A stretch of 64,000 nt of DNA from Azolla caroliniana (GCA_043228905.1 JBHGNT010000004.1:372001-436000); one strand, 5' to 3'; shown: positions 1 to 14,980, counted from the stretch's first letter. The notes: generated by a model from the sequence alone, not told the origin. Translations and numbers: made by a program.

Positions 1-2227
1 TCTAGCATACTTTCTAATTAAAAAAAACTTGAATCCAAACCAATGATCTTGGAAAATATATGCTTTTTTGGTTAATGTATATAGTTGAGTGGATTCAAGT
101 TTTGGCAAACAAAAATATTTTAAGCAAAGTCACTTCTCTATACTATCTTTATAAGTACGTTAATATAAATAAGTTGCGTGTGACAAAAACATGATGCCAT
201 AACACTAAACTCTATAAATTACAAGTAGTTGGTCATAGAACATTAGATCTGATGTGAACCAAAAAACTATACAACGGAAAGCTCTTGATGGAAATGTATT
301 ATATCAATACACAACTTACCGGAGCCATTTGCAAACATCTAAAATAACGTCAACATGTAATGTAATACCAAACACATCAAATAAAACGTTTTGTACTTGA
401 ATATGTGCTTAATTTGTTAGTAGAGAACTATTCAATGTAAGGCAATGTAACTTTCCAAAATGTGGAATTTATGTCATCTTAAGTATGAGGACACAATATG
501 CTCATTTATTGGCATGTTATTTGGCATCCATGCAACTTGTGATGTATTTTCAACAATGATAAATCACAAGAGAATCCTAAGTGATATATTTAAACAAGAA
601 TGCGTTGACACCTACACAAGTGGAAATGAATTTTGCTCCTTAATAATAACAATGGTGTGTTGTCCATAGATCCTAGAATAAGACTCACGCAAAACATATG
701 GCAACAAACTCAAGGTAAAGGTCCTCAAGGCTCAAGTTCCTGATATAAAGGAATTTCCAACATTCATGAGAGATGAAATGTAACCAAGGACAGTTGTTAA
801 TGTGATGCAAAAACTGTATTGTATAGGACAAGCCCATGGTAGATGAAGGGTATTATCTATTGTTCTACAATGCCACCTTCTACAAGTAGCAAACACACTT
901 TTCCCTTGATTGTGACAACACATCAACTCTCTCTAATTGTGGACTCAAATTTGTGTTTTGTAAAAAATGGTGGGTCATCGATACACTACTACATTGGGTG
1001 TGGCTTATGGTTTAGGGTGCTCTTTTGGAGGTTGATTTGTGCATTTCCTCTCTTTAACATTCAATTTGCTCATTGAGCCCCCATTATTTTCTCTGACCCT
1101 TCGTCTACTTCTCTCCAATTGGAGCATTTACACTCTCCAAGACCCAAAAAGTGTTCGCCAAGAAATGCCCATCAAATGCATTCTTGTCTTGAAACCTACT
1201 AATAAACCATTTTTGCATGTGTGGGATGTGAATTGAAACCCGCAAAACACTAGTAAGTATCTTTCATATACTTCCCAACAAAACAATTCTTTTCTTTTTT
1301 CTTTTTCCAAAAAAACTAAACAATTCTTCTTTCACTATTCAATTTTAGAGTATAAATTTCTTATTGCATAATAAGGAATGACACATATGGTCCATATATA
1401 CTTTTCTCCAATAGCACACAAATGTGTTTTAGACTAGTAAAGATGGTCATAGACGAAAAGTGGTTAGCTTCACTGTATATTGATATAAATGTGACATAAA
1501 CATGCACTTTAAAGCTTCTTTCAAACTAAACTTTGACATAGCATACTATACATTGAAGATTTAATTAAGGGGAGGATAGAAAGCGACAAATAATATAATT
1601 TTAATTTAAAGATCAAAATATTCATGATATAGAGATATTGAACAATGATCATAATTTTTTAATGCACTCGAGAGGCAACACATGATTTATAAGACCCAAA
1701 AAATTTACTACAAGAAAGTATCGAGAACATAGTTGATGGTTGGAAGCATATTCATTCATATGGTCATGAACTATTCATATATAGCTTAATGTGCATCTTA
1801 TCTTGATCTCCTCCTTAGAGCACAATGTTCAAAGTCATTTGCTCTAGTTAGTCCCTCCAAGAATCATTCAATTTCAGGATCATGAGGTCATGCATGAAAG
1901 ATGTTGATTTTCCCTTCTTTTGTTGAATGGCATGGGGACGAGAAGGTGTGGTTGGTTATGTCCCATCATCTCCTTGTAGGTGGTCCAACATCGTGGGTTT
2001 CTTTGAGTGTCAATAGTATTACAATTTATTATTCTTTGTGCACCTATTATATTTGGCAATGAGTGAATTTTGTTTTTGTGCGTTTTGTTGCTAGCACCCC
2101 AAGCTTGGACTGGTAGGAAATGTTCCTTTGGCTTTTAGTTTAGTTATGCACCTATGGTCTCACACGTGTTGCGAGGAGTATCATTGAAATGTGTAGTTGG
2201 CTTGACTAGGAGCCACTCTCATCAAAC

Positions 2228-2229
<2 letters not shown>

Positions 2230-2294
<65 letters not shown>
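2230..2294. repeat. compound (GT)n(GA)n microsatellite
   Basis: Directly visible dinucleotide runs. Confidence 0.95.
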
Positions 2295-2297
<3 letters not shown>

Positions 2298-5200
2298 ATT
2301 TGATAAAGAGTGATGCCTATGAATATGAGGTAATGGGTTCAAACATAAAATTGTTCTAATGGATGCACCGCTTGAAAAAGAGTTAAAGATTTTTCTAGCA
2401 TATTTAGCATCAATATAGATGTAATCATTCATTTATCATGTTTACAATTATCACACACCATTAAGATGATCATATTGAAGCAAAAATGTACCCCGTGCCC
2501 AAAATCAAAATCACAACCTTAGGATGATCAAGGTGATGCAATAAAGTGCATAACATCAAAGTCAATATTTGAACCTTGAGTACTTAGAGATAATTGAGGA
2601 GGAACAAACCAACCCCTAGCTTTGAGTTGTGCAAGATGGCCCTAGTCTCTCTAGTATTTCTTGGACTATCAAGTTCTTTTCTCTATTAAAATGTTGTAGA
2701 TAATACATTGGACAAGAAAAGGGAGACATCATCCTCTCGAACATTTTGTGTAGATGAGCCTAGTAAGCCCTAACATATCTAAGAAAAGACAATGATGCAT
2801 ATTTCTTGCAAATGATTGACACAAGGATGATTGAAAGATGATCTAACTTGTATTGATGTTGGTTTCAAAGGTGAGCACACTCTCCTTATGTTAGTTGGTA
2901 AAGAATGACTTATTGTCATGCAAAAGTTTAAAAATGTTCTTATAAGACGATGATATTTAGTAATGAAAGTCAGCTAGGTTGCCAATAGTGTCGACTTCTT
3001 AGTATAATTAACCCCTCTTTCCAAAAACAAATGGAAAAGAACAAAAGATTTCAAGAGAGACGTTTAGTGATACTTGACAGACTCCACAAACTTGGGTTGA
3101 TAAGGTTTGTGTTGTGTTTCATTATTCTTGAATTGGAAAATCATCATTATAATGGCCACTGACGCCAACTTGTAATTTATGTTGTTTTCAAAAGTATACG
3201 CCCTCTCCTTGCATTAGGCATTGATGTCCTAAAAACTTTCTCATAAAATGATGGTGTTGAAGTTCCCATTTTCAATATAAAGTAATTGTCCAAAACTAAA
3301 CATATTCAATGCACTCAATAATCTATATAATGAGCATTGAGCACCTCGCATAAAATACTAATCATGAATGGCTTGAATTGTATGCATATTGATATGCTTT
3401 CAAATTAACAAATGTTGAGCTGAAAAAACTATCAATAAAGTGTTGATAACTATGTCAACTATTAGGGAGTTAAGTTCTCATGCTTTGTGAAAGAAATAAC
3501 TTGCGAATTGTATTTTGTCGTTTCGTGGTTGACGTTTTCAACACGTTCAACTTGGGGGAACATTATAAAAACACGATATTGATTGGGAATGTGACACACA
3601 ATATCTTTAAAAAAGAAAGAAAGAAAGAAAGAAAGAAAAAAACCCACAAAAATACAAATGTTTTGAAAAATGGTGAAGTGTTCTTTAAAAGGGTAACTAT
3701 GTGCTATAAACATATTGTAAATTTGATGAAGTTTGAAATTAAAATGCACACTAATGGTAAAAATATCTTAAAAGAACAAAGGTTGTGTAGTGTCTTGAAT
3801 TTGACAAACTAACAAACTAACATTTGCACACGGGGAACACTTCCCTTACTTTTGTAACCAACAATCTAGTCAGTAATGCAAAGATAAGCGAACAATTCAC
3901 ATTAACCTTATCTCATGTAATCTAGTTATTTTCTTCCGGTTCGGCAAAGAATATATGTGTATATTCCAATATATATATATATATATATATCCAAACAATG
4001 CATTTGCAATGAACACATAACCATAAATTATATATGGCCAAGTATATTGTTATGTTGGGCGAAAATGTTCTCCTTGATCATGTAAGGTTTGGTGGCTTCT
4101 TTAGATAAATACTTTGCATTCGCTTTATATTATAGTACCCTCTTTCCATTCATTATAATGGTTTTGTACTTATTATTTGTGATGACACTCACTCATTGTA
4201 CATTTGACCTCAATTTAGGAGAGGGGATGACATTTCTATACCTTTATCACATATCCTTAATGGATAAGTGATAAATACACCTTTTTGAAATTCCCCAAAT
4301 TTGTGATTCTTTATCCATATACGTGGACAGAATTAGATAGAAGTTTTTAAAGGCTGGAAACCTTTCGTGCTCTAAGTGGGTGGACATTAGATACTGGCCG
4401 TTCGATATGTGGTTTACTAGCTATTGCACAAAACCTCAAAGGAAGTTAAACAATCATAGAATAAATAAAGCATGCATGAAACTAGATGGCATACGGAGAG
4501 GTCTTCGATAAATTTAAGGCCCATCTTTGATTTACGTTTGTATGCTTTTCTATTATGTGTAGTCAAATAATCAAGGATTTATGTTCCACGTCATGATTGC
4601 TCATCGAGATATTTTTTGGCTATATTATTATCAAAGAATAAAATGGCATAGATGTCAAGACACCCATCCTTCATTGGATACGACAAACATGCTAAAAAGT
4701 GTGGGGCTATGAAAATCACATTATTTTTCATGAATTGTTTTGTGTTAGGTGGGATATAGCGATGAGCATCTAAGAGTTCAAACATATACAACGAACATTC
4801 ATACCAAATGGATATGGCATATTGTTTTGCAAGGATTAAGCAATTTTGAAGGGTCATAATCGTTTAAAGATAATTATGTTGTGTTGGTGGTTTTTTATGG
4901 CTAGATGACTACTTCATTTATTGTTTCACTTCTACAGAAATGTCATTTAATCATATTCATGAGTGATCCACTAGTGATTTTAATAGACGTGTTGCCCAAC
5001 ATAGTCTCTTGGTTTGATTGCAAATGTCACGATTCATGGTCACCCATATGTGAGTTCAAGCCCTAATAATCATTTTAGACATGACACATTTGAGTATAAT
5101 CTCAAGAAGTCCCTTGGGTGATGGTTTCCACAATATTAATATATTTTGGATTCTTAGTGATTATCAATTTAACAATATTTTAACGTTTAGCTAGGGATAG

Positions 5201-7962
5201 CTAAATAAACATGTGGATAAATAGTCCAAACATGCGATAAATATTTGTTTATGACACATCGTGTTACATGTAAAGTCGGAGCTGAAGTTTTTCACATTAT
5301 GTTCTTGGGATGTAAGACACAAGAAATTTTATTTTTTGTTGTATTAATGGATATCTTGAAGCATTAATCGAGACAAGAAGTTCTTGGATTTATTTGAAGT
5401 ATCTATAGGCCTAATGCTTTGCCACTCTTTATACTAAATACGACAAACCCACTTAAAATGGGTGGTATGGGAAACATATTTTTTTAATATTACAATATGT
5501 AATGCAGCCATATGTAAGGAAAATGGTAAATACACTATATGAAGTACAAGGCTTTGTCATGGACGAGGTAGATTCAGACTTTGTAATTATCTATGTTAGC
5601 TTGTCAAGGACTAGGTAGATTTAGACATCATAAGTGTACGTGTTATCTTGTTTTCCTCGTAAGAATTGTGACTGAAACCATACAAGTTCAAGTTCCAATA
5701 GAAATAGATGCACAATCAAGTTCTCATTTACACTCTAAAGTGATAAGTTTTCTATCATCTTGAAACTTCATATAATCAGGGGAAAAAATGTTTTTGGTAT
5801 GTTTCTTTAATGTGAGCTTCTATAACTTAAGCATGATTGTTGTTCTATTTCTTTTGCAACTCATACCTATCTAGTAGTCACCTTTTACATCTTACAATTA
5901 TACATTTCCTCTTTTAGTTCATGCCTACCTTTGTAAACTTTGAAATTACTTGTGAGAGACTGATGTGGTTTCAACTCTCATTAATGACCAACCATTATAC
6001 ACCAGATGAGGTGCTGATTTGTATTTTATCTCAATATGAAGCCCTGAAAATAGTGCATACAAACTATAAATCGGTGGAGGATGTGTAATCACGTCTATAT
6101 CCATAGGTCCCCCCCCCCCCTTTTTTTAATCAAGTCTAGGAATCTACATGAATATGCATTGGGGTGCAGACTTTAAAAAGGCCACTAATAATACCCTCTT
6201 TTTTGGAGTTATAAAAAGGAAATGTGTGCTCCAAATTATACTTATATGTGAGAAAGGCTAATGGCTTGTTTTAAATCATTTAAACTTCCTTTCGACTTGA
6301 AATACCATGAAGTTTATTTGCATATGCCATTGGTTGATTGTGACTAAAGACATTTTTCTCAAAGAGTATTATTATTTTAAAACATGACAGTGATGTTAAG
6401 GGCAACAAACAAAAGTAGCATTATTCACTCAGTGATGTCAAGGGGCTACAATAGTAAGGATAATGGTCAAGGTTTTAATCAAGCCCCATGCTTGCCTGAT
6501 TAAAACAACAATAATCAATAAGTATTAAGGACTCGTCAAGCTAAATCCCTAATTCTTTCAATGAATTTTCGCTAATCTCTTTGTCCCTGTCTCATAGGTG
6601 TCTTTCATAGTGATGCTCCAAAATCTTCTTTCATTTTGCCTTTTCAATTCATTGCCCTTGACTTTTGTGTAGAAATGGATAAGATTATTTTATTTTATTT
6701 TATTTTAAAACAAGAGTTTATACTAATTGTAGAGCAGGTTCGTTTAGAATGGTGAGTGTGGCCTAAAGTTAAGGATAGTACCAAAAATAGAGTAATTTCA
6801 TTTAAAAACACTCTATGGCAAGGTGTTTTGAGAACCCTTGTTGAGAACCATGTGGGAGGAAACCATTGAGGGTGGCATATTGCCATACAATGACTTTTGC
6901 AATGAAGAAAAGGTTTGGGTGACCCTAGATGGCAAGGACGACCACTTCCACGAAGGCTTCCCTTCAAACTTATCTATTTTGCTAGATGATATAGGGATAT
7001 ATGTTGGGGGTTGAACGCATACTACTAGATGCATGACCTTATGATCTCTCTTGGAAGAAACTTAAGAGTGGGAAACAAAGATGAATGTACATCAATTTTA
7101 GTGTAGCTTAATTAACATGTTGTACAAATGTAGTTAGGGATAAAAAAATGCCGCATTTTTGGAACATCCACAGGATTATCGCGGCTCATACCCAATGTCT
7201 TTACATTGGTAATGCACCAAACAATGATGAGGGAGCTTGACTCAAATGTTGATAATATTCACAACTTTAGAATGTACAACATTATAAATTAAATGTATTT
7301 ACTAGCGATCAATGTCCATTCCTTGAAACATTCATCTCCAACTCCAAACCGATCCTAAACAATGGATGGTTTAATCTTCATGAACTTCTAATATGAGCTC
7401 CAGTAAAATGTGGATTGTGCAAGGCGTTCCTAACATATCACTAGGTGTGATAACACTTTATTTTGATATATCTCAATGCCTAACCTTAGACAAACAAAAG
7501 ATAACCCTTTTAGTGCCAAATGAATGTGTCTCAAACAGAGGCGGGAGAAAAACCTGTCGAGTTCTAGTTGTTGTGGAAGAAGAAAGCACATGAGAATATT
7601 TGTGAATGATATCTAGTTCTAAAATGTACAACATTATATATATTTAATGTATCTACAAATAATTAGTGTCCAACTCTAGTCCTCGAGACCTTCATCTCCA
7701 AGGTGAGTGCTTGCTTGACCACTACTAATACAAACATTCAACATGTTTACCAGATGTCTAGCGACCTAACCATGGTCCATAGTTATGCTTCTCTAACCCT
7801 AGGGAAACCTAACTACAATGAGGACATTCAAGCTTTGTATGATTGTTATATACCTTATGTGCATGTATGTATTCAATGTAAGGTATCTATCTATCTATGT
7901 ATATATGTATGCTATGTACACATTTTCCAACATAATATATGAACAATAGCCTATAAGGCTCT

Positions 7963-10040
7963 CTATACACCCATGGGAGCTCTATGAGGGATGCCTTTTC
8001 TTCGCTTGGGACTCCTTTTGTGTTGCATTGTGAGAGGAGGTGTTGATGGAGAAATAATGTCTTGTTGGTGATGATGTTGCGAATGTTGTAGCAATTGTTG
8101 ATGTTGATGATGATGCATGTCTTCTTTTTTCGTTGTTCCCCATGTCTTCCTATCGTCATCGGAATACGAGTCCACCATCTCCTGGATATTCTCACCATAC
8201 GCACTCACACCAGTGAGCTTCCTATATGACCTTGGCCTCTTTGTCACATTGTTGGTATTGCTCTCAAACGAGTTGCATTCCTCGGAGGTATCGGAGCTAC
8301 CGTTAATATGCTTTGATGGCATCAAGAAGCTCATTTCAGGATGGCGTGATCGAATCCCCTTCAACTGGAACAAACCATTCGACGATATGTCAATGTGAAT
8401 TATCAAAGGACAATGGAGGGATGAAATCTAGTTATTATAGCATATGCGTGTATATGCATTCAATGTGTGTGTATGTATGCATGGATGTATCTTCAATTAT
8501 GTCCGGGTGTCCTGTATTGGGACATATGTCATGATATTCCTCGAGAGTAAGGCAATGCCGACATTCCTCTTGATTGGATGTCAAAAGAGTGGGTGATTGA
8601 GCAAGAACTTCATGCATTGGATTGGGGTTTGTAGTACAAACTTATGTACCACTAAAAAGCAACATTACTTGAGAGAGTCAAAGTTGTGGATTCACTTCAA
8701 AGTCAATAATGTTGTATATGTAAAATGGAGTCTATGTATGATATGTATATATATATATATATATGCATGGATGTATATATGTACAATGCATGGTGTATGT
8801 GTACATATATGTATATGTATACAGTATATGTGTACAAGTATGCATATTATCCATGGTGACATCATGAATGAGTAAAGGAAGAATAGTTGTGTTAATCCAT
8901 GAACATTGATTGTGCTTACCTTGCACCCCAAGGAACAGAATTTGAAGCCATCTAGCAAGCTTCTGTCACAAATCTCGCAGTTGTTAGTGACCCCTTTGCC
9001 CTGACGGAGCTGGGGCCGGCCATTAATGAACACGACGCGCGCGCTGTTGATTATGTAGGTTTGGATGCCAGAGATGTCCAATGCCTTCTGGATCTCGGAC
9101 ACCCGGATAACATCGTGATACGACGATCTCCTTATCTATATATTTGTGAAGAATGTGACATAAACAAGTAGAAAAAAATTTCATTCAAAACACATTCAGC
9201 AATTATTATGGAAGCTTTTTAAGAATGTTTAGAGTGGTAGAGTAGGTTTTAGGGCTTTTTGTATACATACCTGGATAATGTGATGGTCTCTGTGGGAAGG
9301 TAGGCAAGACAAGCAGAATGCTGAGCCCATACAATCCAAGCAATATTGGTTACATTCATTCTTGCTGGAATCTCCATGGAAGGAGCAAGGCATGAAGAAA
9401 TTGGTGTGGAGCAGAGGCTCTAGCCATGGTGGCCCAACAATTACATCCTGCTCATGAGCATTGTTGCAGACACTCTGATTGTGATGATGATTAGCCGACA
9501 TTTTCTTGTCCTGTGAGCTTATTAACGTGGCACCACTCTTTGGATTGGAATTGAGAGGAAGATTAATGTATTTGATGTCCCCATATTGCGTTAGCAACGA
9601 AAGAGGGTCATTCACCTGCACACAAATCAGAGAGCTCAGAATTTGCGGGTACACTAATTTCAATTTCAATGGGACGAAATCCAACATAAAGAAAAGTCTG
9701 GAAAGAAAAGAAAAAGACAATCAGATTAGAGATGAAGGGGATCGGAATGTCTGCTAATTCACATTTTTGGCAATTATAGGATTTAAAACTCCGCCAAGAA
9801 AGAGAACAAACAAATCAAATGAAACCACAGAGAGCGCAACTCAAAGCAGAGATGAGGGGATCAAAATGTTGGGGTATACCGACTCAAATTGTGTGTGAAT
9901 CATGACTGATTAGGGATTAAGAGGCCGGCGAGAACAGAGATTCTTGCAAGAGGCAAATGCCAGAACAAGAAAGGAAGGAGGAGCAATCAAAGAAGCGATT
10001 TGGAAGAGATGGGATTGAATGTGAGGGGGGATTATACCAT
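7963..10040 (-). CDS. PLATZ: PLATZ transcription factor, 4 coding exons (10038-10040, 9271-9510, 8920-9135, 7963-8364), ~286 aa
   Basis: Motifs [12 protein letters not shown]....KNECN.YCLDC....C..C...H..H..IQ / [60 protein letters not shown] and C-terminal [11 protein letters not shown]. All introns are GT-AG and phase 0. The ATG-only first exon (ATG|gtataa ... cacag|GAC) is inferred; an in-frame ATG at 9501 is an alternative start. Confidence 0.95.
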
Positions 10041-10173
10041 GGCGATTTGTGTGGGGTAAGGCAGGCAAGCAGCAGCTGCAGAGAAATCCTTGCAGGGGGA
10101 GGGGAATTGGGGGGGGGGATGCAGAGGACAAAATGCGACGAAACTCTGCAGCAATGAAATCGCTCACCAATAT

Positions 10174-10176
<3 letters not shown>

Positions 10177-10220
<44 letters not shown>

Positions 10221-10590
10221 CAGACAAATTTCAACCTTCTTTGCCTTTTCTCTTCTGTCTGTGTTCGTGGCCGTGTGTGTGTGTGTGTGTGCAGAAAGAG
10301 AGAGAGAGAGAGAGAGTGTGTGTGTGTATAGAGAGAGAGAGTGTGTGTGATTTGTAGAGAGAGAGAGAGTGTGTGTGTGTGTAGAGAGAGATAGAGAGGT
10401 TGTGTAGAGAGAGATAGAGTGTGTGTGTGTGTGGAGAGAGATAGAGTGTGTGTGTGTAGAGAGAGATAGAGAGTGTGTGTGTAGAGAGAGAGAGAGAGTG
10501 TGTGTGTGTAGAGAGAGATAGAGTGTGTGTGTGTAGAGAGATAGAGTGTGTGTGTGTGTGTGTGGAGAGAGAGAGAGAGAGAGAGAGAGG
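10177..10590. repeat. complex GA/GT microsatellite block in the PLATZ 5' UTR/promoter
   Basis: About 400 bp of alternating (GA)n, (GT)n and GATAGA units immediately upstream of the PLATZ ATG. Confidence 0.9.
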
Positions 10591-10632
10591 GATTTGGCCG
10601 GTCTGCCTGTAGGCCGCCCTAGTGTGAACGCG

Positions 10633-10656
10633 GGACACGTGGCACCATCCTATTGG
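10633..10656 (-). promoter_or_regulatory. ABRE/G-box (GGACACGTGGC) plus CCAAT box upstream of PLATZ
   Basis: GGACACGTGGC at 10633-10643 matches the classic Em1a-type ABRE; ATTGG (CCAAT on minus) at 10652-10656; lies in a small GC-rich island. Function is inferred. Confidence 0.5.
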
Positions 10657-13299
10657 CCTCAACTTGTCCACCCACTTCAAACCTCCTCCCCTTTTGCGTC
10701 TCTCTCTCTCTCTCTCTCTTTTGTTCCCATTTGACCAATTATTATCTGTTTTTTTCGTTTATTTATTTCATTTTACAATTTATTTTTTAAGTATTAAATT
10801 TTTTTATTTTATGTGAGTGTGCGTGGATCAATAATTGAGAATTGGTCATCAAGAAACACCCCAAAACACAAACACAAAAGGCTGCCCCAATGAATTTGCC
10901 CCGCCTGCTTCTTCCTCACGTCGGCCTTTTTATTTCCGGCTACGATGAACCATTTCGGAATACATACATTGTATACATACATACACACACACACATACAC
11001 ACACACATACATACATATATACACACATTTTGTTATGGGTGCGAATGTCCGAGAACTATCACCAATGAGGTCATTTACTACTTGTCCACTGTTACCAATT
11101 AAAATCCTCCTTTTTCTTTTCTTCCTTTTTTCGCCGCCCCTTTTCGCCTTCCTTTCTAGAAGCTCCACCTGATCCTCCCTCTCTCTCTTCGCTTGAACCA
11201 AGAGGGAAATACTGTTGGGTAATACCATGCCTCGTGTTGAAATCTTTGGCATTCAGAAAAAAAAGTCGCCCATCTTTGGTGTATTTATTCGGTCATTTGA
11301 TTCTCACAACATGACCTTAGGTTGCAAATGAGGGCAACATTCCTTTTCTTTTTGTTCCTTTCTAATATCCATACGAAATATTTTCAGCTCTGTGTGTGCG
11401 TGATCATATGCATTGCCTAGATATGCACATGCACAACGTTTTTCCTTTCCCCTTCGAATTTCTTTTTATCCTTTTTATAAAGACAAAAAATCAATGACGT
11501 CGAAGTCCATATCCTCTTGAGTAATGTGGATAGCATAGCCACTGAAGACTCGAGAGCTAAATATAATTTGACTTTATCTTTCCAACAACAGTGTGCAATA
11601 CATAAGGTTGTTTGATGCACCAAAGAAACAAAGCCACGATGATGTAAGCATATGCATCATACACAAACTTTTTCAACAAAATAGATTATGTTCCAACTTG
11701 TTGTTAGAGTCGTCATTGCTTCTGAGTAACATTCTCCACACAAAAGCTAGAAGTTACTTTGGAGTAGGCCTTAGGAAAAGCATGAAAAAGATATGATGTT
11801 GGATACCTTAACTTCTCTCTCATGTTCAAACTTGGAAGCCCTGTACATGAATGCTTATAAACATTACCATCTTTATGACACACAATGTGATTATGATAGT
11901 ATGATTTATCAAGGCAATCACTATCATCTAATGGTTTGATCAAGCTTAATATATGGATTTAAGAAGCCCATTGATACGATAATTATGGTCGTATCAAGCT
12001 TTACTTTTGGGGTGACGGGCAAACGGGCTCTTCTTAAATCGTGCAACTTTTTCTTCATCTACTTCATATATCTATAATTGTAAAATCGCGGTGTATCATT
12101 TTTCGGTCCCATATGCCTTGAAGGCATTACGTGGACGTAAATATGATTCTCTTTTTCTTGTTGTTTTGTCCCTCTTTATAATACCTAACGACCCATGTGG
12201 GCCATTTTAGGATCATAGCTATTATTTCTTGCACTTACATGCAATATAGTATTTCTTTCCCCCCTCAAAGGTGCTACACTATAAATTCCTCATACAATAA
12301 TTGTGCACACTTATGAGCACATTCATGCCATACAATATGTGTCAATGACTTGTGATCCACGTTGATATGATACTCTACATAGAAAGTGCCAATTAACATA
12401 AACTAGTGTGATCAAGACAGGTGCTCATGTTCATACAATTGGCTATCCACGAAAATTTCATATAATAAATTTGCAATTAAACTAGATATTATTATGTACG
12501 ACATTTCATGTTGCATTTCTTTTATTTTATATCATAGTATGGGCACCATAATGGTAAGCTACATTTTAATATACCCATGAACTTAAATTTAAATCTCACT
12601 TATTGTACTACTTTAGAGGATGCATTTGTGGAATGTAACGTCCAATTACTAGTCAATGTGGGGTATCATGTACCATAAGATTATCATGCACCAAACAACA
12701 AAACATTTCTCCACCCAATGTCAAGTGAGAGGCTAAACGAAGCTCCCAAGTGAGCACATCCCAACTAGCAAAGTCATCAATTCTCTTGGCACAAAACCAT
12801 ATGGACCATAGGAATATCATGCATGCAAGGTTTTAATGTACCTTGCACAAATATTCCACATGTAATAGGTTGAACACTGGCAGTTGCACATAAACCATAG
12901 GCTGGATAAGAAATTCAATGTCACTTATATGCTTCTATGTTGAAGAGTGGCTAAAGCTTTAGGTGTTACCAAAACATATCATTTGATCCATCCTTGGAAA
13001 GATATTAGTTAGAAGAATCTGGAACACTAATGATGACACAATTTGGAGTTTTGGTTTAAAACTTATAACTGTTTCTCTAAAGGCAACTCCAATATAACAT
13101 CCTTATTGGCCTTCCTCTACAAGTTGGCATACATTTTGAGAAGATTTGAAAAGAATTATATCATGCAATATGAAGGAAGATGGCCATTGAATTTAGATTC
13201 TAGATAATTCTAAAATCCTCCCACACTATCATAAACCTAAACCCTAAACTACACACCATCCTTATCTCGCGTTAGTTTTTACAGTAGTTTTCCACACTC

Positions 13300-13650
13300 G
13301 AGGATAAGAGTGACATGGTTAATTGAGAATGTAAAGAAGGAATGGATCGCATTTAATCCTAGGGGTTGGGACAATTCGCAAGGGCCAAGTGGGAACTTGC
13401 ATGTGGGACATGTGTTTAACTATAAATATGAGGCCTAGCTAACCTCATAAGTCAAGGATTCAATTATGTCAAGGTTGTGATTTTGTGGTAAATAGATTCT
13501 TGGTTCGAACGCACATTGGTGCCAAGTATGACTCGAACCCCATCGATGGTAGTATGGATGCCATTTAGGGCTTGGGTCCATCTCAATACCTTCGCTCAAG
13601 GGTGGTTGAAATGGATTAGGATCCTTCCTTCCTCTATTTCCTCATTTTTC
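13300..13650 (+). mobile_element. degenerate LTR relic related to the chromovirus LTR at 52385
   Basis: TATAAATATGAGGCCTAGCTAACCTCATAAG (13421) vs TATAAATATGAGGCTTAGCTACCCTCATAGG (~52579); GCTCAAGGGTGGTTGAAATGGA vs GCTCGGGGGTGGTCGGGTGGA. Boundaries are approximate. Confidence 0.55.
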
Positions 13651-14072
13651 ATGCTTACATTAGAGACATCCTTAATACATCCTTTATATACCTTCACCAT
13701 AAGCATACAACTCAATCATATTAGACTAGCAAACTCATTCCTCCTCTTTTTTCATGTAACACTTCTCGTTGTACCAATCCTCATCTATTCATATGAGCTC
13801 TTCCTTGGCAAATGTTGTTCTACCTTCCATAAACACTTCTTGGTCCTAAGTGTCACCCACTCTTCTAAAGCCCTTCCTAAGCCAATATCTCATTTGTTTT
13901 TGTGAGCCCTTTCATATGCTAATATTTCACCCATATGTGCATTGATGAAACCATTGAGATTCTTTTATATTGGATTGAGATATGGATATGATGATTTGAG
14001 ATCTCAAAAGAAGAAGTGTTGGAACTTGGAATAAAGAATATGTACCCAAGATATTTGAACCAATTAATAAAA

Positions 14073-14589
14073 GGGAAAAGTACCAGGATACCCTAGAAAG
14101 TTCGTCTATTTACCAGAATGCCCTTGGAAGTTCCAAATTTACCAGAATAAATAGGGTTATTTTGGGTCCATTTCTTCCATCTTTGGTAAATAGGGCTTGT
14201 AGATTTGAGTGTATAATTACTTTATAAAGTGTAATTTTTTGGACATAGGGGTAGTTTGGTAAATTTGGAACTTCTAGGGGCATTCTGGTAAATAAACGAA
14301 CTTCCAGGGGTATCCTGGTACTTTTCCTTGGAAGTTCCAAATTTACCAAACTACCCCTATGTCCAAAAAATTACACTTTATAAAGTAATTATACACTCAA
14401 ATCTACAAGCCCTATTTACCAAAGATGGAAGAAATGGACCTGAATTAGCCCTATTTACCAAAGATTTGAGTGTATAATTACTTTATAAAGTGTAATTTTT
14501 TGAACATAGGGGTAGTTTGGTTTATTTGGAACTTCCAGGGGCATTCTGGTAAATAGACGAACTTTCAGGGGTATCCTAGTACTTTTACC
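14073..14589. mobile_element. rearranged foldback / Mutator-like MITE with long TIRs
   Basis: TIR GGGAAAAGTACCAGGATACCC at 14073; inverted copies end at 14327 and 14589; 110-bp inverted arms 14165-14274 / 14331-14440; no clean TSD. Confidence 0.75.
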
Positions 14590-14732
14590 TAAAATATATA
14601 CCTAAGGAGTAAAAAACCAATGTGATATAAGAAACAATTGTTTTATAGGAATTGAAAGGGTTTGACTACAAAGTGGAGGTATTGGTTGTAGCCTATAGGG
14701 CTAAGAAGGTTAGGAAGCAATATTGGTGTGAT

Positions 14733-14980
14733 CATATATGAACCATACGTACCATACGTGCATTCTTATTCGAGAATGTTTCAATCGTTCGAGTATGGTA
14801 AACACCCTCGAAGTATGGTAAATACCATACTTTTGTATTCATTATTTATTGTAAGATAATTTTTTAAGGTAAGAAAGTTAAGGTAAAAAGTGTAAAAAAA
14901 ACATAAGAATGTTTTGATAACATACACATTCGTATGAAAAAGAATGTTTGCCAATGCATTCGAGTATATTGCGTACTATG
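14733..14980. mobile_element. hAT-type MITE
   Basis: Perfect 8-bp TSD GGTGTGAT (14725-14732 and 14981-14988), CATA...TATG termini, subterminal CCATAC/GTATGG repeats. Confidence 0.75.

Noticed and set aside
1-7900. Short ORFs and possible decayed coding or TE fragments
   Set aside because: No recognisable motifs, splice-consistent models or terminal structures by eye
9910-11252. ORFs with SLSLSL/RERERE/HTHTHT runs
   Set aside because: Microsatellite translations with no domain signal
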